20,867 bases of DNA from a virus (IMGVR_UViG_3300028666_000028:1-20867); one strand, 5' to 3'; shown: positions 1 to 8,188, counted from the first letter of the stretch. Translations and numbers: made by a program. The notes: generated by a model from the sequence alone, not told the origin.

Positions 1-1069
1 ATCCTTCTTTACGTTCAACGAGTATAAGTATTTGATCTTTATCAGATATTCTATTCTGTACAATATCTGTAATAGATTCAAGTAACTCTAATCCTCCATA
101 ATTACTTTTATATTCAGTCTGATAGTTACTAGAAGGTTTACCTTTAAGCTTAATGATATTAAATTCAACTGGTGTTAGATAACCTTCCTTAGTTGCTTTA
201 GATGCACTGTAATCATAAACTACTTCACCTGATACTCCCCACAAATCAAGAGTCTTTGAATCATTACGCAAGTAAGTACCAGATAGTCCCAAACGATAGT
301 AAATGCCCTGGAACAATGGCAAGAGCTTTGTAAAGGACTCAGAGGCGGAATGATGACATTCGTCCAGCACAAGCAAATCTATGCCGTCTATAAGCAGTTC
401 TGCTAAGCCTTGCTTCTGTAGGCTACCTAATGACTGTATTGTAATAATTCTAATAGGCTTAAGCTTTTTATTCTTTTTAATGTCCAAAGTAGACACTTTT
501 TGTACATTTTTTAATCCAAATGAATTTTCTAGTACATCGTAAGCTTGAGTCAAAAGTGCAGAAGATGGCACTACAAATAGAACATTGACTCCCAATTCTT
601 TTATAATTTGAGCAGCTATACGAGTCTTACCGGACCCTACTGCCATTTGAAGTACACCTCTAGCCCTTCCAATAAATGCATCCACTGCTTCTTTTTGGTA
701 GGGTCTAAGATCATGTGGTTTATTATTCCATCTAAATAGTTGATATGATTCAGGTTTAACTCTATCATCTATTTGTATATAGTTACCTAATAGATCTCTA
801 ACTAAATGAAGTAGTCCAGTTGGAAATCTATTGTACTCATCTAACCAACAAACTGTATCTGGACCTAGAGCTTTGAAGCGTTCTTTAAGAATAGAGATAA
901 GTGGACCTTGTCTTCTAGACTTAGCTCTTTGAAGTTGACTATAAATCATTTGCTTCTCTCTGATGACCTCTTCATTGGTATAAGTGAGCTTAGTCTTGAC
1001 AGATGCAAGTATATCTGTACTGAATGATTGCAGTTGACAAAATGAATTATTTATGATAAGTCTAGACAT
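1..1069 (-). CDS. SF2 DNA/RNA helicase (UvsW/ResIII-like DExH), 3' end outside window
   Basis: Hand translation from ATG at 1069 (AGGA upstream): Q-motif LRPYQKEA, Walker A AVGSGKT, motif Ia VVPSSALLTQ, motif II DECHH, motif III GLSGT; open to the left edge; absent from the ORF track because it is truncated. Confidence 0.92.
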   Translation of the reverse strand, partial: MSRLIINNSFCQLQSFSTDILASVKTKLTYTNEEVIREKQMIYSQLQRAKSRRQGPLISILKERFKALGPDTVCWLDEYNRFPTGLLHLVRDLLGNYIQIDDRVKPESYQLFRWNNKPHDLRPYQKEAVDAFIGRARGVLQMAVGSGKTRIAAQIIKELGVNVLFVVPSSALLTQAYDVLENSFGLKNVQKVSTLDIKKNKKLKPIRIITIQSLGSLQKQGLAELLIDGIDLLVLDECHHSASESFTKLLPLFQGIYYRLGLSGTYLRNDSKTLDLWGVSGEVVYDYSASKATKEGYLTPVEFNIIKLKGKPSSNYQTEYKSNYGGLELLESITDIVQNRISDKDQILILVERKEG

Positions 1070-1211
1070 ATATCCTATATTTCCATATATTTTTATCCAT
1101 TCTTAACCATAATTCTACGCTATAAATACTATTGTCATATATACTATGCTTTGTATATACTTCATAAGGCGGTATCCCATTATAACCTAATGATTTAACT
1201 AGACTATTCAC
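1062..1211 (-). CDS. micro-ORF family member (49 aa, MNSLVKSLGY...IWKYRIYV)
   Basis: GTG start overlapping the stop of the FGE gene, AGGA 7 nt upstream; both family motifs present. Confidence 0.65.
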   Translation of the reverse strand: MNSLVKSLGYNGIPPYEVYTKHSIYDNSIYSVELWLRMDKNIWKYRIYV

Positions 1212-1342
1212 AATTTTGTCCTCACGAGGCGGAACCCCAAATAGCTGCCCTGAGACTCAGGCGAGTAGTAGTTGCGATAAGCCGAACGCAACGCCTGCGC
1301 AACGTTGAACCAACTACCGCCACGGAGCACGCGGAACGAGCC
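1208..1342 (-). other. DGR variable region (VR) candidate
   Basis: Abrupt GC rise (77/132 nt, about 58%, over 1211-1342 versus roughly 30% in the rest of the gene); variable codons TTC, GTT, TAT, TAC, TAC, TCT, GGC, AGC, TAT are all of the NNY form expected from AAC/AAT templates. Confidence 0.75.
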
Positions 1343-1834
1343 TTTACTAGGTCCTTTAGGATCTATACCACCTTTTAACATTTCATCATACCAGTCTTCA
1401 GTCCACTCCCAAACATTGCCGTATATATCATATAAACCAAAGTAATTTGGGAGTTTACTGCCTACTTTAATAGTTTTACCTGAATTGAAATGAGCATACT
1501 TATGTAACTGGTCTTCATTGTCACCAAAGAAGTAATTAGAAGTTAAACCGCATCCTGCTGCATATTCCCATTCAGCTTCAGTAGGTAATCTATAATTATA
1601 TTCTTTATTAAGTTTATTACATTTTTTAATGAACTCTTGAACATCTAACCATGAAACTTGTTCAACTGGTAAATCTTTACCTTTAAAGTTAGATGGATTC
1701 TTGCCAATTATCTTAACATACTGTTCTTGAGTCATTGGTGTAACTTGCATCTCATATGGTTTAGTAATAAAAGTTAATACTTTATTAGTTCCCATTAAGA
1801 ATGGTCTAGGTAATATTAGTTTAAAGTTATTCAT
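1208..1834 (-). CDS. FGE/sulfatase-modifying-factor-like (CLec fold) protein, probable DGR target
   Basis: FLMG, RLPTEAEWEYAA, NYFGLYDIYGNVWEW, RVLRGGSW...LRSAYR...GFRL motifs; lacks the catalytic Cys pair of true FGE. Confidence 0.9.
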   Translation of the reverse strand: MNNFKLILPRPFLMGTNKVLTFITKPYEMQVTPMTQEQYVKIIGKNPSNFKGKDLPVEQVSWLDVQEFIKKCNKLNKEYNYRLPTEAEWEYAAGCGLTSNYFFGDNEDQLHKYAHFNSGKTIKVGSKLPNYFGLYDIYGNVWEWTEDWYDEMLKGGIDPKGPSKGSFRVLRGGSWFNVAQALRSAYRNYYSPESQGSYLGFRLVRTKL

Positions 1835-1983
1835 ATAATTATATTCTTATTAGTTCGACCATTACCTTCATATATCCAATATCTTCTATATTCTTGTCCT
1901 GTAGTCTCAATTACAACTCTATATAAATGATAAACACTTATATAGTACTCAAGTTCACCTAATCTGTTAACTAGTTTATTCAT
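1831..1983 (-). CDS. micro-ORF family member (50 aa, MNKLVNRLGE...YWIY)
   Basis: ATGA overlaps with both neighbours; family motifs; shares YYISVY...IET with the adjacent member. Confidence 0.7.
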   Translation of the reverse strand: MNKLVNRLGELEYYISVYHLYRVVIETTGQEYRRYWIYEGNGRTNKNIII

Positions 1984-2129
1984 CTTCTTAATCCTAACAA
2001 ATGAGGATGTATATTAATACCCCATACCCATGCATATGCTATAGGATTAATACAAGTCTCAATAGATATATGATGCCAGTAAACGCTAACGTAGTACTTA
2101 TAATTAAACTGTCTATTAAGCTCTGTCAT
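1980..2129 (-). CDS. micro-ORF family member (49 aa, MTELNRQFNY...WVWG)
   Basis: Family N-terminal motif; YYVSVY...IET matches the 1831-1983 member. Confidence 0.65.
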   Translation of the reverse strand: MTELNRQFNYKYYVSVYWHHISIETCINPIAYAWVWGINIHPHLLGLRR

Positions 2130-2437
2130 TTATATAACCTTTCACCTAGGTAACTGTTAACCCATTAACAAATAATAGTAGAACTGCTTAGGCTAATAGT
2201 AAATCAGCTAAAGCAAAACCTTATAAGGGATCTGTTAAGGATTTAGTTAGCCTTACGGCTTATTAGCCACCTTAACCAGAGAGCAAATATACAAGCGAAC
2301 CTGTTTGAATGCCCTTACAATATATGTACTACTGACAAGTTTAATTTCATAGGTGAAGCTTCTACTGTTGTATATTCGACTTCAGCTACTGTTTTTCTTA
2401 TCAGTTCGTGCCTTTAGTTAGCTTATTTAGAGACGAG
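2130..2437 (-). ncRNA. candidate structured non-coding RNA or cis element
   Basis: About 300 nt with no ATG-initiated ORF of note in an otherwise packed operon; several complementary segments (2141-2148/2350-2357, 2232-2240/2270-2279, GTAA-capped hairpin 2249-2260 on minus, 2155-2170). Confidence 0.3.
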
Positions 2438-2545
2438 CTAAGGCTTACTAGTTAAACGTCCTTTAATATAAAATCTTCCTGTGTAATAATAATAAAACTT
2501 ATAATCTTTATAACATAATCCTAACTGTGTGCATAGGTGATTCAT
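2438..2545 (-). CDS. micro-ORF family member (35 aa, MNHLCTQLGL...)
   Basis: Family N-terminal motif, Tyr-rich, lacks the late Trp. Confidence 0.55.
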   Translation of the reverse strand: MNHLCTQLGLCYKDYKFYYYYTGRFYIKGRLTSKP

Positions 2546-2546
2546 A

Positions 2547-2666
2547 TTATTTTCTAAAGTAACTCCAAATTGTTATATAGTTTATAGTTCGAATATATAC
2601 TCCATTTATGTTTGTATTTACTACAGTATACCCATAATAATTCATTTGTCTAACTAGAGCATTCAT
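2547..2666 (-). CDS. micro-ORF family member (39 aa, MNALVRQMNY...IWSY)
   Basis: ATGA overlap with upstream member; both motifs present. Confidence 0.65.
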   Translation of the reverse strand: MNALVRQMNYYGYTVVNTNINGVYIRTINYITIWSYFRK

Positions 2667-2776
2667 TTCTTTTCATACTTCCAAATACACTTATGAATGT
2701 AATAATCCCAAGTACATATATCTCCATTTGTACAAACTACATATCCCATACCCATAATACTATATAGCTGTTGCAT
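2663..2776 (-). CDS. micro-ORF family member (37 aa, MQQLYSIMGM...IWKY)
   Basis: Probable true start is the internal ATG of track ORF 2663..2866; divergent head, clear IWKY. Confidence 0.55.
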   Translation of the reverse strand: MQQLYSIMGMGYVVCTNGDICTWDYYIHKCIWKYEKK

Positions 2777-2924
2777 AATAGTTTCCTTGTACATTATATT
2801 GCCATATCCAATATCTTTGTTCATATACAGGATTTGGTACATCATAAAGTATATTGATAAAGCCACCTCTAGCTATACGAACATTGTACTGATACTTTCC
2901 AAACTGTTTTACTAGTTCACTCAT
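2760..2924 (-). CDS. micro-ORF family member (54 aa, MSELVKQFGK...YWIWQY)
   Basis: ATG directly follows the VWA gene stop (TAAATG); both motifs present. Confidence 0.7.
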   Translation of the reverse strand: MSELVKQFGKYQYNVRIARGGFINILYDVPNPVYEQRYWIWQYNVQGNYYATAI

Positions 2925-4124
2925 TTACTTAATCCTTACACTATTACCATAAGGAGGTTTAACATCTGAATTAAGAACCCATAAACATTTATAGGTTACA
3001 TCATTCCTATTAGGAAAGTCTGCATAGCCATCTGTTAAATAGATTACACCTTTATATCTCTCTTCAATTGCTAACTCATGTACAGGCACAAAGCTAGTAC
3101 CACCTGCGCATACTCGTTTAGCTTCAAAGCCCTTCTTATAATCTTCTTTGTGATGAATATAAGTATCAAAGTAAGCTACTTCAATATTTACCATTCCAGT
3201 GTTATAGATAGCATCTACTTCTGCAAAACACTTTTTAATATCTTCGTCAGACATACTACCAGACATATCAATACCGATTAGAAGATCTAATTTAGGCAGC
3301 TTCTTAACACCAGGTAGTTTACCTCTAAAACGTCTGTTAACTTTTTTCCAAGTGTTCTTAGTCTTAACATCGACTAAGCTTTGCATAAACTGTCTGAGTA
3401 CAATATGCCAAGGAACTTGTTTACTTGCTTCGTGATCTAATAGGAATTTCTCAATCTCTCTAGGAGTGTTACCAGCTGATAAACACTTAGCTCGTTTAGC
3501 TGCGTTAGCTGCTATTTCATCCATCATCTTCTCATCACGAGTAGACTCGGTAAAGTAATCGTGATCTTGATGTGGTTGACCGTCTCCACTTCCTTCCTCG
3601 TCCCCTGGCTTACCTTCACCAGGTTTACTTTTGCCTTTCATAATTTTACCCTGACTCTTTAACTTAGCATAGTAGTTAACCCATGAGTCTTGATTATGAC
3701 AATTAAAGTCTTGAGGATATACACCTCTAAACTGTGCACCCTTTGGTGCAGGTAGTCCAAGCTTATCACTCTTAACTAATTCAGATATTCCTGGATTGAT
3801 TTCCATATCCATTGCAACATTCGCCATCATGTAGTTAGCTTCAATGCCTAACTTATCTGATATAGCTTCAATCTGCTTTAGCTGAGTCTGCTTAATGTGA
3901 TCTTTATACAAGTGTTGTAGTTCATGTATAAGTAATCCTGCTTGCTCTGCTACTGTGAAGTTACTAAACTTCTCAGGATTAATAGTAATCTCAATTCTAG
4001 TTTGCACCTTTACATAAGCTACATACTCTGACTTCTCGTCTAGATTGATTTTCGCTTGTTGCAACAATGCATAATAGTAGGGATAGTTACTTAATAGATA
4101 TAATTGAAGCTGCTTTATGTCCAT
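2925..4124 (-). CDS. VWA-domain protein with N-terminal HExxH putative metallopeptidase domain (DUF2201-like), MoxR partner
   Basis: HELQH motif; MIDAS GIDMSGSMS, GGTSF, YLTDGY; start placed at ATG 4124 behind a GAGGA Shine-Dalgarno. Confidence 0.88.
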   Translation of the reverse strand: MDIKQLQLYLLSNYPYYYALLQQAKINLDEKSEYVAYVKVQTRIEITINPEKFSNFTVAEQAGLLIHELQHLYKDHIKQTQLKQIEAISDKLGIEANYMMANVAMDMEINPGISELVKSDKLGLPAPKGAQFRGVYPQDFNCHNQDSWVNYYAKLKSQGKIMKGKSKPGEGKPGDEEGSGDGQPHQDHDYFTESTRDEKMMDEIAANAAKRAKCLSAGNTPREIEKFLLDHEASKQVPWHIVLRQFMQSLVDVKTKNTWKKVNRRFRGKLPGVKKLPKLDLLIGIDMSGSMSDEDIKKCFAEVDAIYNTGMVNIEVAYFDTYIHHKEDYKKGFEAKRVCAGGTSFVPVHELAIEERYKGVIYLTDGYADFPNRNDVTYKCLWVLNSDVKPPYGNSVRIK

Positions 4125-4332
4125 TTGAATCCTCACTCTCTTTTAAATAATCTATCATAGATTGTAAAGTTTGTCTAGTATTATACTTTATCTTATTATC
4201 TTTTTGCCACTTAAGCGATTTTAGTCTATTACAACTTCTACAAGTATAATGCAAGCCATCTTTTTTACTTTTATCTTTACTAAATTCTGATAAAGGTTTT
4301 GATAGCTTGCATTTAGAGCAGACTTTTTCCAT
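4087..4332 (-). pseudogene. internally deleted homing endonuclease (CxxC zinc finger plus EndoVII-like C-terminal helix, no nuclease core)
   Basis: CSKCKLSKPLSEFSKDKSKKDGLHYTCRSCN resembles the N-terminus of the 18972 HNH; continues KIKYN then LQSMIDYLKES with no DH/HNH motif. Confidence 0.6.
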
Positions 4333-4333
4333 C

Positions 4334-5674
4334 TTAACCAGTTGCGGCATCCTTTCGCTTGTGCTTATTTACCTCGTCCGTGCTTTCTAAGAATCTCTTA
4401 TAAAGATTAGAATGTCCAGGGATAAGATCATCTCTGTAAAGATACATAACCATCGTGTTATAAGCATTGAAACGTTTGATTTGTCGTTTGTGGTGTTCTT
4501 CATTGTCTTGACCATTATTATCCTCACATGGTTTGTTAGTGATGATACTATGACTAATTTGATATAGAACATCATTAGGAACTTCTTTAAGAAAGTCAAT
4601 GATAGCATCAAGCTTCTTTTTATTAACTCCCATGTTATTCTTAACATTAGTTTGAAGTTCAGCCAATGCATCCTTGACTAGTTTAGGATCAGTATTTCGA
4701 TCATACTCAAGTATACTAACTTTGTAATCAATCTTATCAACTAGCTTCTCGAATATATCTTTTAGACCATTAACAATATTTTCACTAGTAGCACTAATCA
4801 AATCATTACGCATTTCACCATAGAACTTGTTATATCGTTCAAGAGCTTTAACAGGATCTTTAACAATTTCATCATAGCTAACTGGTTTATCTTGTGTATC
4901 TAACCAGCTAAGGAATGATGCTGCTGCATTAACTCCAACTGAACTAACGAGTACATCTTTAATCAAATCTCTGTCATTCTCTAGGCCATCCTTCTGAATA
5001 ACATTATATAGTTTACTAACCATTTCCCACAGACGAGGACAAGGTTCCATCTTGATAAGAGTATCTAATGGTTTTTCTGCGCCAGTAATGTTAGGCATAT
5101 GTTTAAGGAAACTAAGAAGTTTAGGATTAACTCGTTTAGAATCATCACCCCATTTAATAAATTCACTAGCTTGAGGTTCAAATGATACTACCATAAAGCG
5201 TTTGACTAATGCTGTACTCATAGTATTAGCTGTAGTGTACTCAGAACTAGCTGGGTTAATAGCTGCACAGATATAACTATCTGGATGCAATGCGTGAGTA
5301 TGAATACGTTTTTCTAGAACCAATTGAAGCATAGCTGATTCAACGTCTGGACGAGCATTGTTAAGTTCATCTAAGAAGATAACACAAGGTTCTGTTGGCA
5401 TCCATTCAGGTCTTGCCCATGATGTAACTCTATTGACTTTCTTTTTGCCATTAGTATCAGTAGTTTCAACTGACATAATATCAGGTATACCTACAAAATC
5501 TCCGACATCTTGTTGACTTGCAAATACTGAAACGAACTTGTGATTAGGAAAAACTTCCTTTGCAATCTGTTCAGTAATCTGACTCTTGCCGATACCTGAG
5601 TGTCCCACTAGAAGGTATGGTACTCGTGCTTTCATCGCAACATTCATTAACCTGATACTATCTTTAATGTTCAT
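4334..5674 (-). CDS. MoxR-like AAA+ ATPase
   Basis: Walker A GHSGIGKS, Walker B VIFLDELNNA, ALVKRF; upstream of a VWA gene in the usual pairing. Confidence 0.88.
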   Translation of the reverse strand: MNIKDSIRLMNVAMKARVPYLLVGHSGIGKSQITEQIAKEVFPNHKFVSVFASQQDVGDFVGIPDIMSVETTDTNGKKKVNRVTSWARPEWMPTEPCVIFLDELNNARPDVESAMLQLVLEKRIHTHALHPDSYICAAINPASSEYTTANTMSTALVKRFMVVSFEPQASEFIKWGDDSKRVNPKLLSFLKHMPNITGAEKPLDTLIKMEPCPRLWEMVSKLYNVIQKDGLENDRDLIKDVLVSSVGVNAAASFLSWLDTQDKPVSYDEIVKDPVKALERYNKFYGEMRNDLISATSENIVNGLKDIFEKLVDKIDYKVSILEYDRNTDPKLVKDALAELQTNVKNNMGVNKKKLDAIIDFLKEVPNDVLYQISHSIITNKPCEDNNGQDNEEHHKRQIKRFNAYNTMVMYLYRDDLIPGHSNLYKRFLESTDEVNKHKRKDAATG

Positions 5675-5702
5675 TATCCTATCTCCTCATTTAAGTTAAA
5701 GT

Positions 5703-6635
5703 TCAAAATTCTTCTATGTCCCGCTTATTAATTCCCATCAATCTATCATATTTCATTTGAGCTAATCGCCTACGTTTTTGCATAGGTGATTCATTCTTAT
5801 TTTCATCATACTGGAAGTCTTTTAATCTGTCAAGTGCCTCATTAAAAGGTACATCAAGACAAAGAACACTTATGATTAAGTCTTTAATATGATCTATTGT
5901 AAAGCCTTCTGTTGCTTTAGCCCATACATCTATATCAATGTTATCATCGGCATGAATCTTATTAGATAGATAAACCTTTCGAGTCTCTTCATTAGGCAAT
6001 CCAACTTCAATTATACTGGCAAACCTACTAGGTCTATTCTTAAATCTATTAGGTATTCTATCAAGGTAGTTAGTAGTTCCAATATAAACAACGTTATCTA
6101 TTTGCATTTCACCATCTAATAGGCTTAAGAAGTCTGATTCATTAGCTTCAATTAAATCATCAAACTCTTCCCATACGACTAAACATCTGATATCACCTTG
6201 TATTTCTCTTATACACTTAACAACATATTGTAACATTCCAGGGGAAGGTGAAAAGAATACAATACCACCTTGTTTAACTTCAGCTTCCATTAACTGAGAT
6301 ACACAAGCTGACTTGCCAGTTCCAGGTAAACCGTGTAGAATAATACCACGCTTATAAACCAATTGTCGTTTAGTGAACTTTGCTTTAGTTTCTTTAGTCC
6401 AAAACTTCTCAACTTCTTTGATAACCTTCTCTGAAGTAAAGTCAGGTAGTCTAATAAGTGAATCGGTCATAGCTGACATACCTTCTAGGTATATTTGACC
6501 CATTGGATCTTGTTGTATAGTATATATACCAGGTTCTAGCTTCTTAGTTTTCTTATTAGGGCGTCCAAAGTAATAGGAGTTACCTTGTTTTTGATAATGT
6601 GATACGCCAACTTTAATTTCGTTTAGTATATTCAT
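5703..6635 (-). CDS. AAA+ ATPase (single-domain, BCS1-like architecture)
   Basis: Walker A GLPGTGKS, Walker B variant VVWEEFD, second region of homology TTNYLDRIPNRFKNRPSRF. Confidence 0.85.
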   Translation of the reverse strand: MNILNEIKVGVSHYQKQGNSYYFGRPNKKTKKLEPGIYTIQQDPMGQIYLEGMSAMTDSLIRLPDFTSEKVIKEVEKFWTKETKAKFTKRQLVYKRGIILHGLPGTGKSACVSQLMEAEVKQGGIVFFSPSPGMLQYVVKCIREIQGDIRCLVVWEEFDDLIEANESDFLSLLDGEMQIDNVVYIGTTNYLDRIPNRFKNRPSRFASIIEVGLPNEETRKVYLSNKIHADDNIDIDVWAKATEGFTIDHIKDLIISVLCLDVPFNEALDRLKDFQYDENKNESPMQKRRRLAQMKYDRLMGINKRDIEEF

Positions 6636-6654
6636 TTGAAACCTTTAATCATTA

Positions 6655-6683
6655 AGTATATCATACATTTATTATATAATCAA
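6655..6683 (-). promoter_or_regulatory. sigma70-type promoter for the AAA/MoxR/VWA operon
   Basis: TTGATT-17 nt-TATACT with TG extended -10 on the minus strand. Confidence 0.65.
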
Positions 6684-6805
6684 CTAAAATAAGAATAATA
6701 CCATATATCTCTATATGCTGAATAATTACAAAGTCCTATCTTTATTACCTTATCTGATTTATCTATTAGATAAGTTAAATTTAATTGTTTAATTAAATTA
6801 TTCAT
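6680..6805 (-). CDS. micro-ORF family member (41 aa, MNNLIKQLNL...IWYY)
   Basis: Internal ATG of track ORF 6680..6952; both motifs present. Confidence 0.65.
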   Translation of the reverse strand: MNNLIKQLNLTYLIDKSDKVIKIGLCNYSAYRDIWYYSYFS

Positions 6806-7007
6806 TGTCCTTAACTCCATTATCAACTTCCACTTCCAACAGTACACTACTTTTAGAATTAAGTAAAGAGATAGCCGCAAGCATATAAGCATATGCCTGT
6901 AACTTATGTGAGTCTCTTTGATATTCTGAATGTCGTGATAAGTCCACAACATTCTTTATTGCATAAGAATGAAGGTTAACTAAGTCTTTTTCTGTTATCT
7001 TAATCAT
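6798..7007 (-). CDS. hypothetical protein (69 aa)
   Basis: ORF track; ATGA overlap with upstream gene. Confidence 0.7.
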   Translation of the reverse strand: MIKITEKDLVNLHSYAIKNVVDLSRHSEYQRDSHKLQAYAYMLAAISLLNSKSSVLLEVEVDNGVKDNE

Positions 7008-7129
7008 TTCATTTTCCAGTCAGGGTAAGTATAATCCCAAAATATTTTAGTAACATCTTTCATGGAATAACCTACGCTGTTAGTTATAAAGTATCTGTCA
7101 AATCCAAATGATGTAAAGAGTTTATTCAT
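7004..7129 (-). CDS. micro-ORF family member (41 aa, MNKLFTSFGF...FWDY)
   Basis: ATGA overlaps on both sides; family motifs. Confidence 0.65.
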   Translation of the reverse strand: MNKLFTSFGFDRYFITNSVGYSMKDVTKIFWDYTYPDWKMK

Positions 7130-7284
7130 CTTCTAGTACGCCCTTTACGATAAGGTTTATATTGTGTACTAAACGACCATACTTTATTTTCCCTACCATA
7201 TCTACTAGAAATCCCAATTGATATATTGTAGCCATCATCTAAAACATATGAAATATAACCAAATTGTAATACAAGTTTATTCAT
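7126..7284 (-). CDS. micro-ORF family member (52 aa, MNKLVLQFGY...VWSF)
   Basis: Overlapping chain; family motifs. Confidence 0.7.
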   Translation of the reverse strand: MNKLVLQFGYISYVLDDGYNISIGISSRYGRENKVWSFSTQYKPYRKGRTRR

Positions 7285-7408
7285 TATTTATCCTAAAAAA
7301 CCAGTTAGTTGTATATGACTTATATGGCACAATCATTCTTGTAATACCTACAAGGCCATAAATATCACAATAGTTTATATATCCTAATATTTTAACTAGT
7401 TCATTCAT
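7277..7408 (-). CDS. micro-ORF family member (43 aa, MNELVKILGY...NWFF)
   Basis: Overlapping chain; family motifs. Confidence 0.65.
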   Translation of the reverse strand: MNELVKILGYINYCDIYGLVGITRMIVPYKSYTTNWFFRINNE

Positions 7409-7598
7409 ATCCTAATTCTTTGCGACAAGCTGGACACTGTTTATTAAACTTATGAGCAGGTTTAAATTCTTCTTGACAATTTAAACAGTTGTTATATCCT
7501 TTTTTCTTTGTCTTTGCTATGAACTTAATATAAAGTTCATTAAGATAAGTTTCATCATCCTCTTCAATTAATCTAAATATACTTTCATTGTTTTTCAT
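7401..7598 (-). CDS. small zinc-finger protein (CxxC-x13-CxxC)
   Basis: CLNC...CPAC; probable start MKNNES at 7598. Confidence 0.65.
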   Translation of the reverse strand: MKNNESIFRLIEEDDETYLNELYIKFIAKTKKKGYNNCLNCQEEFKPAHKFNKQCPACRKELGYE

Positions 7599-8034
7599 TA
7601 GGAGGACCTTTATCTTCTGCGGCAGGCAATCCAAAGAACTCTTCAATGATTCGTGTACTTACTTGAATAATCTGTTTGTTACGCATATAGATAGCGTATG
7701 ATTTCATTACCTCTTCATACTTAGGAATGTTATCTTCAAACTTAACTCCAAATCCAGTAGACAGTTTACTCTTCTTAGTTACTGCCCAACGCTTGTGAGT
7801 TACTTTACCATTTAAAGTTAAAATCCCCATATCTTGTGGTAGTTTAAAGTTTATCTTAACTATATCTTTTACATTAGGTTGAGTCTTGCAGTTAATAAAA
7901 ACGCCAATTGGTGATAAATCAAATAAAGTTCCTTCTATATCTGTTAGTGCATCTGCAAACGTATAAGTACATGCTTCTGATAAAATAGGTATTCTTATAC
8001 TTGATCTACGTTCTTTTTGTTTACTTGTTTCCAT
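7585..8034 (-). CDS. PilZ-domain protein (putative c-di-GMP receptor)
   Basis: R10-x-x-x-R14 (ERRSSIR) and D39-x-S41-x-x-G44 (DLSPIG), plus G-x-V and GFGVKF strands typical of the PilZ barrel. Confidence 0.85.
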   Translation of the reverse strand: METSKQKERRSSIRIPILSEACTYTFADALTDIEGTLFDLSPIGVFINCKTQPNVKDIVKINFKLPQDMGILTLNGKVTHKRWAVTKKSKLSTGFGVKFEDNIPKYEEVMKSYAIYMRNKQIIQVSTRIIEEFFGLPAAEDKGPPNEKQ

Positions 8035-8188
8035 CTTTATTTATCCCTGCTAATAGTTGATCTATAAGAGTATCATAGTCTCCATTATCTAAATAGATAG
8101 TTTGCCAATGAGTATCATTCTTTTTACGATAACGTATTCTTGTTTTATCGCTATTATCTGATATTAGAATTAATTTATTTTCACTCAT
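8021..8188 (-). CDS. hypothetical protein (55 aa, MSENKLILIS...)
   Basis: AGGAG Shine-Dalgarno before ATG 8188; the longer track start overlaps a micro-ORF in another frame. Confidence 0.6.
   Translation of the reverse strand: MSENKLILISDNSDKTRIRYRKKNDTHWQTIYLDNGDYDTLIDQLLAGINKDGNK

Noticed and set aside
300-430. Mildly GC-enriched patch in the helicase as a second variable region
   Set aside because: It encodes the conserved DECHH motif region, shows no NNY codon pattern and has no repeat partner
2340-2410. Hammerhead ribozyme on the minus strand (CTGATAA...GAA)
   Set aside because: The core deviates from CUGANGA and the flanking stems could not be built
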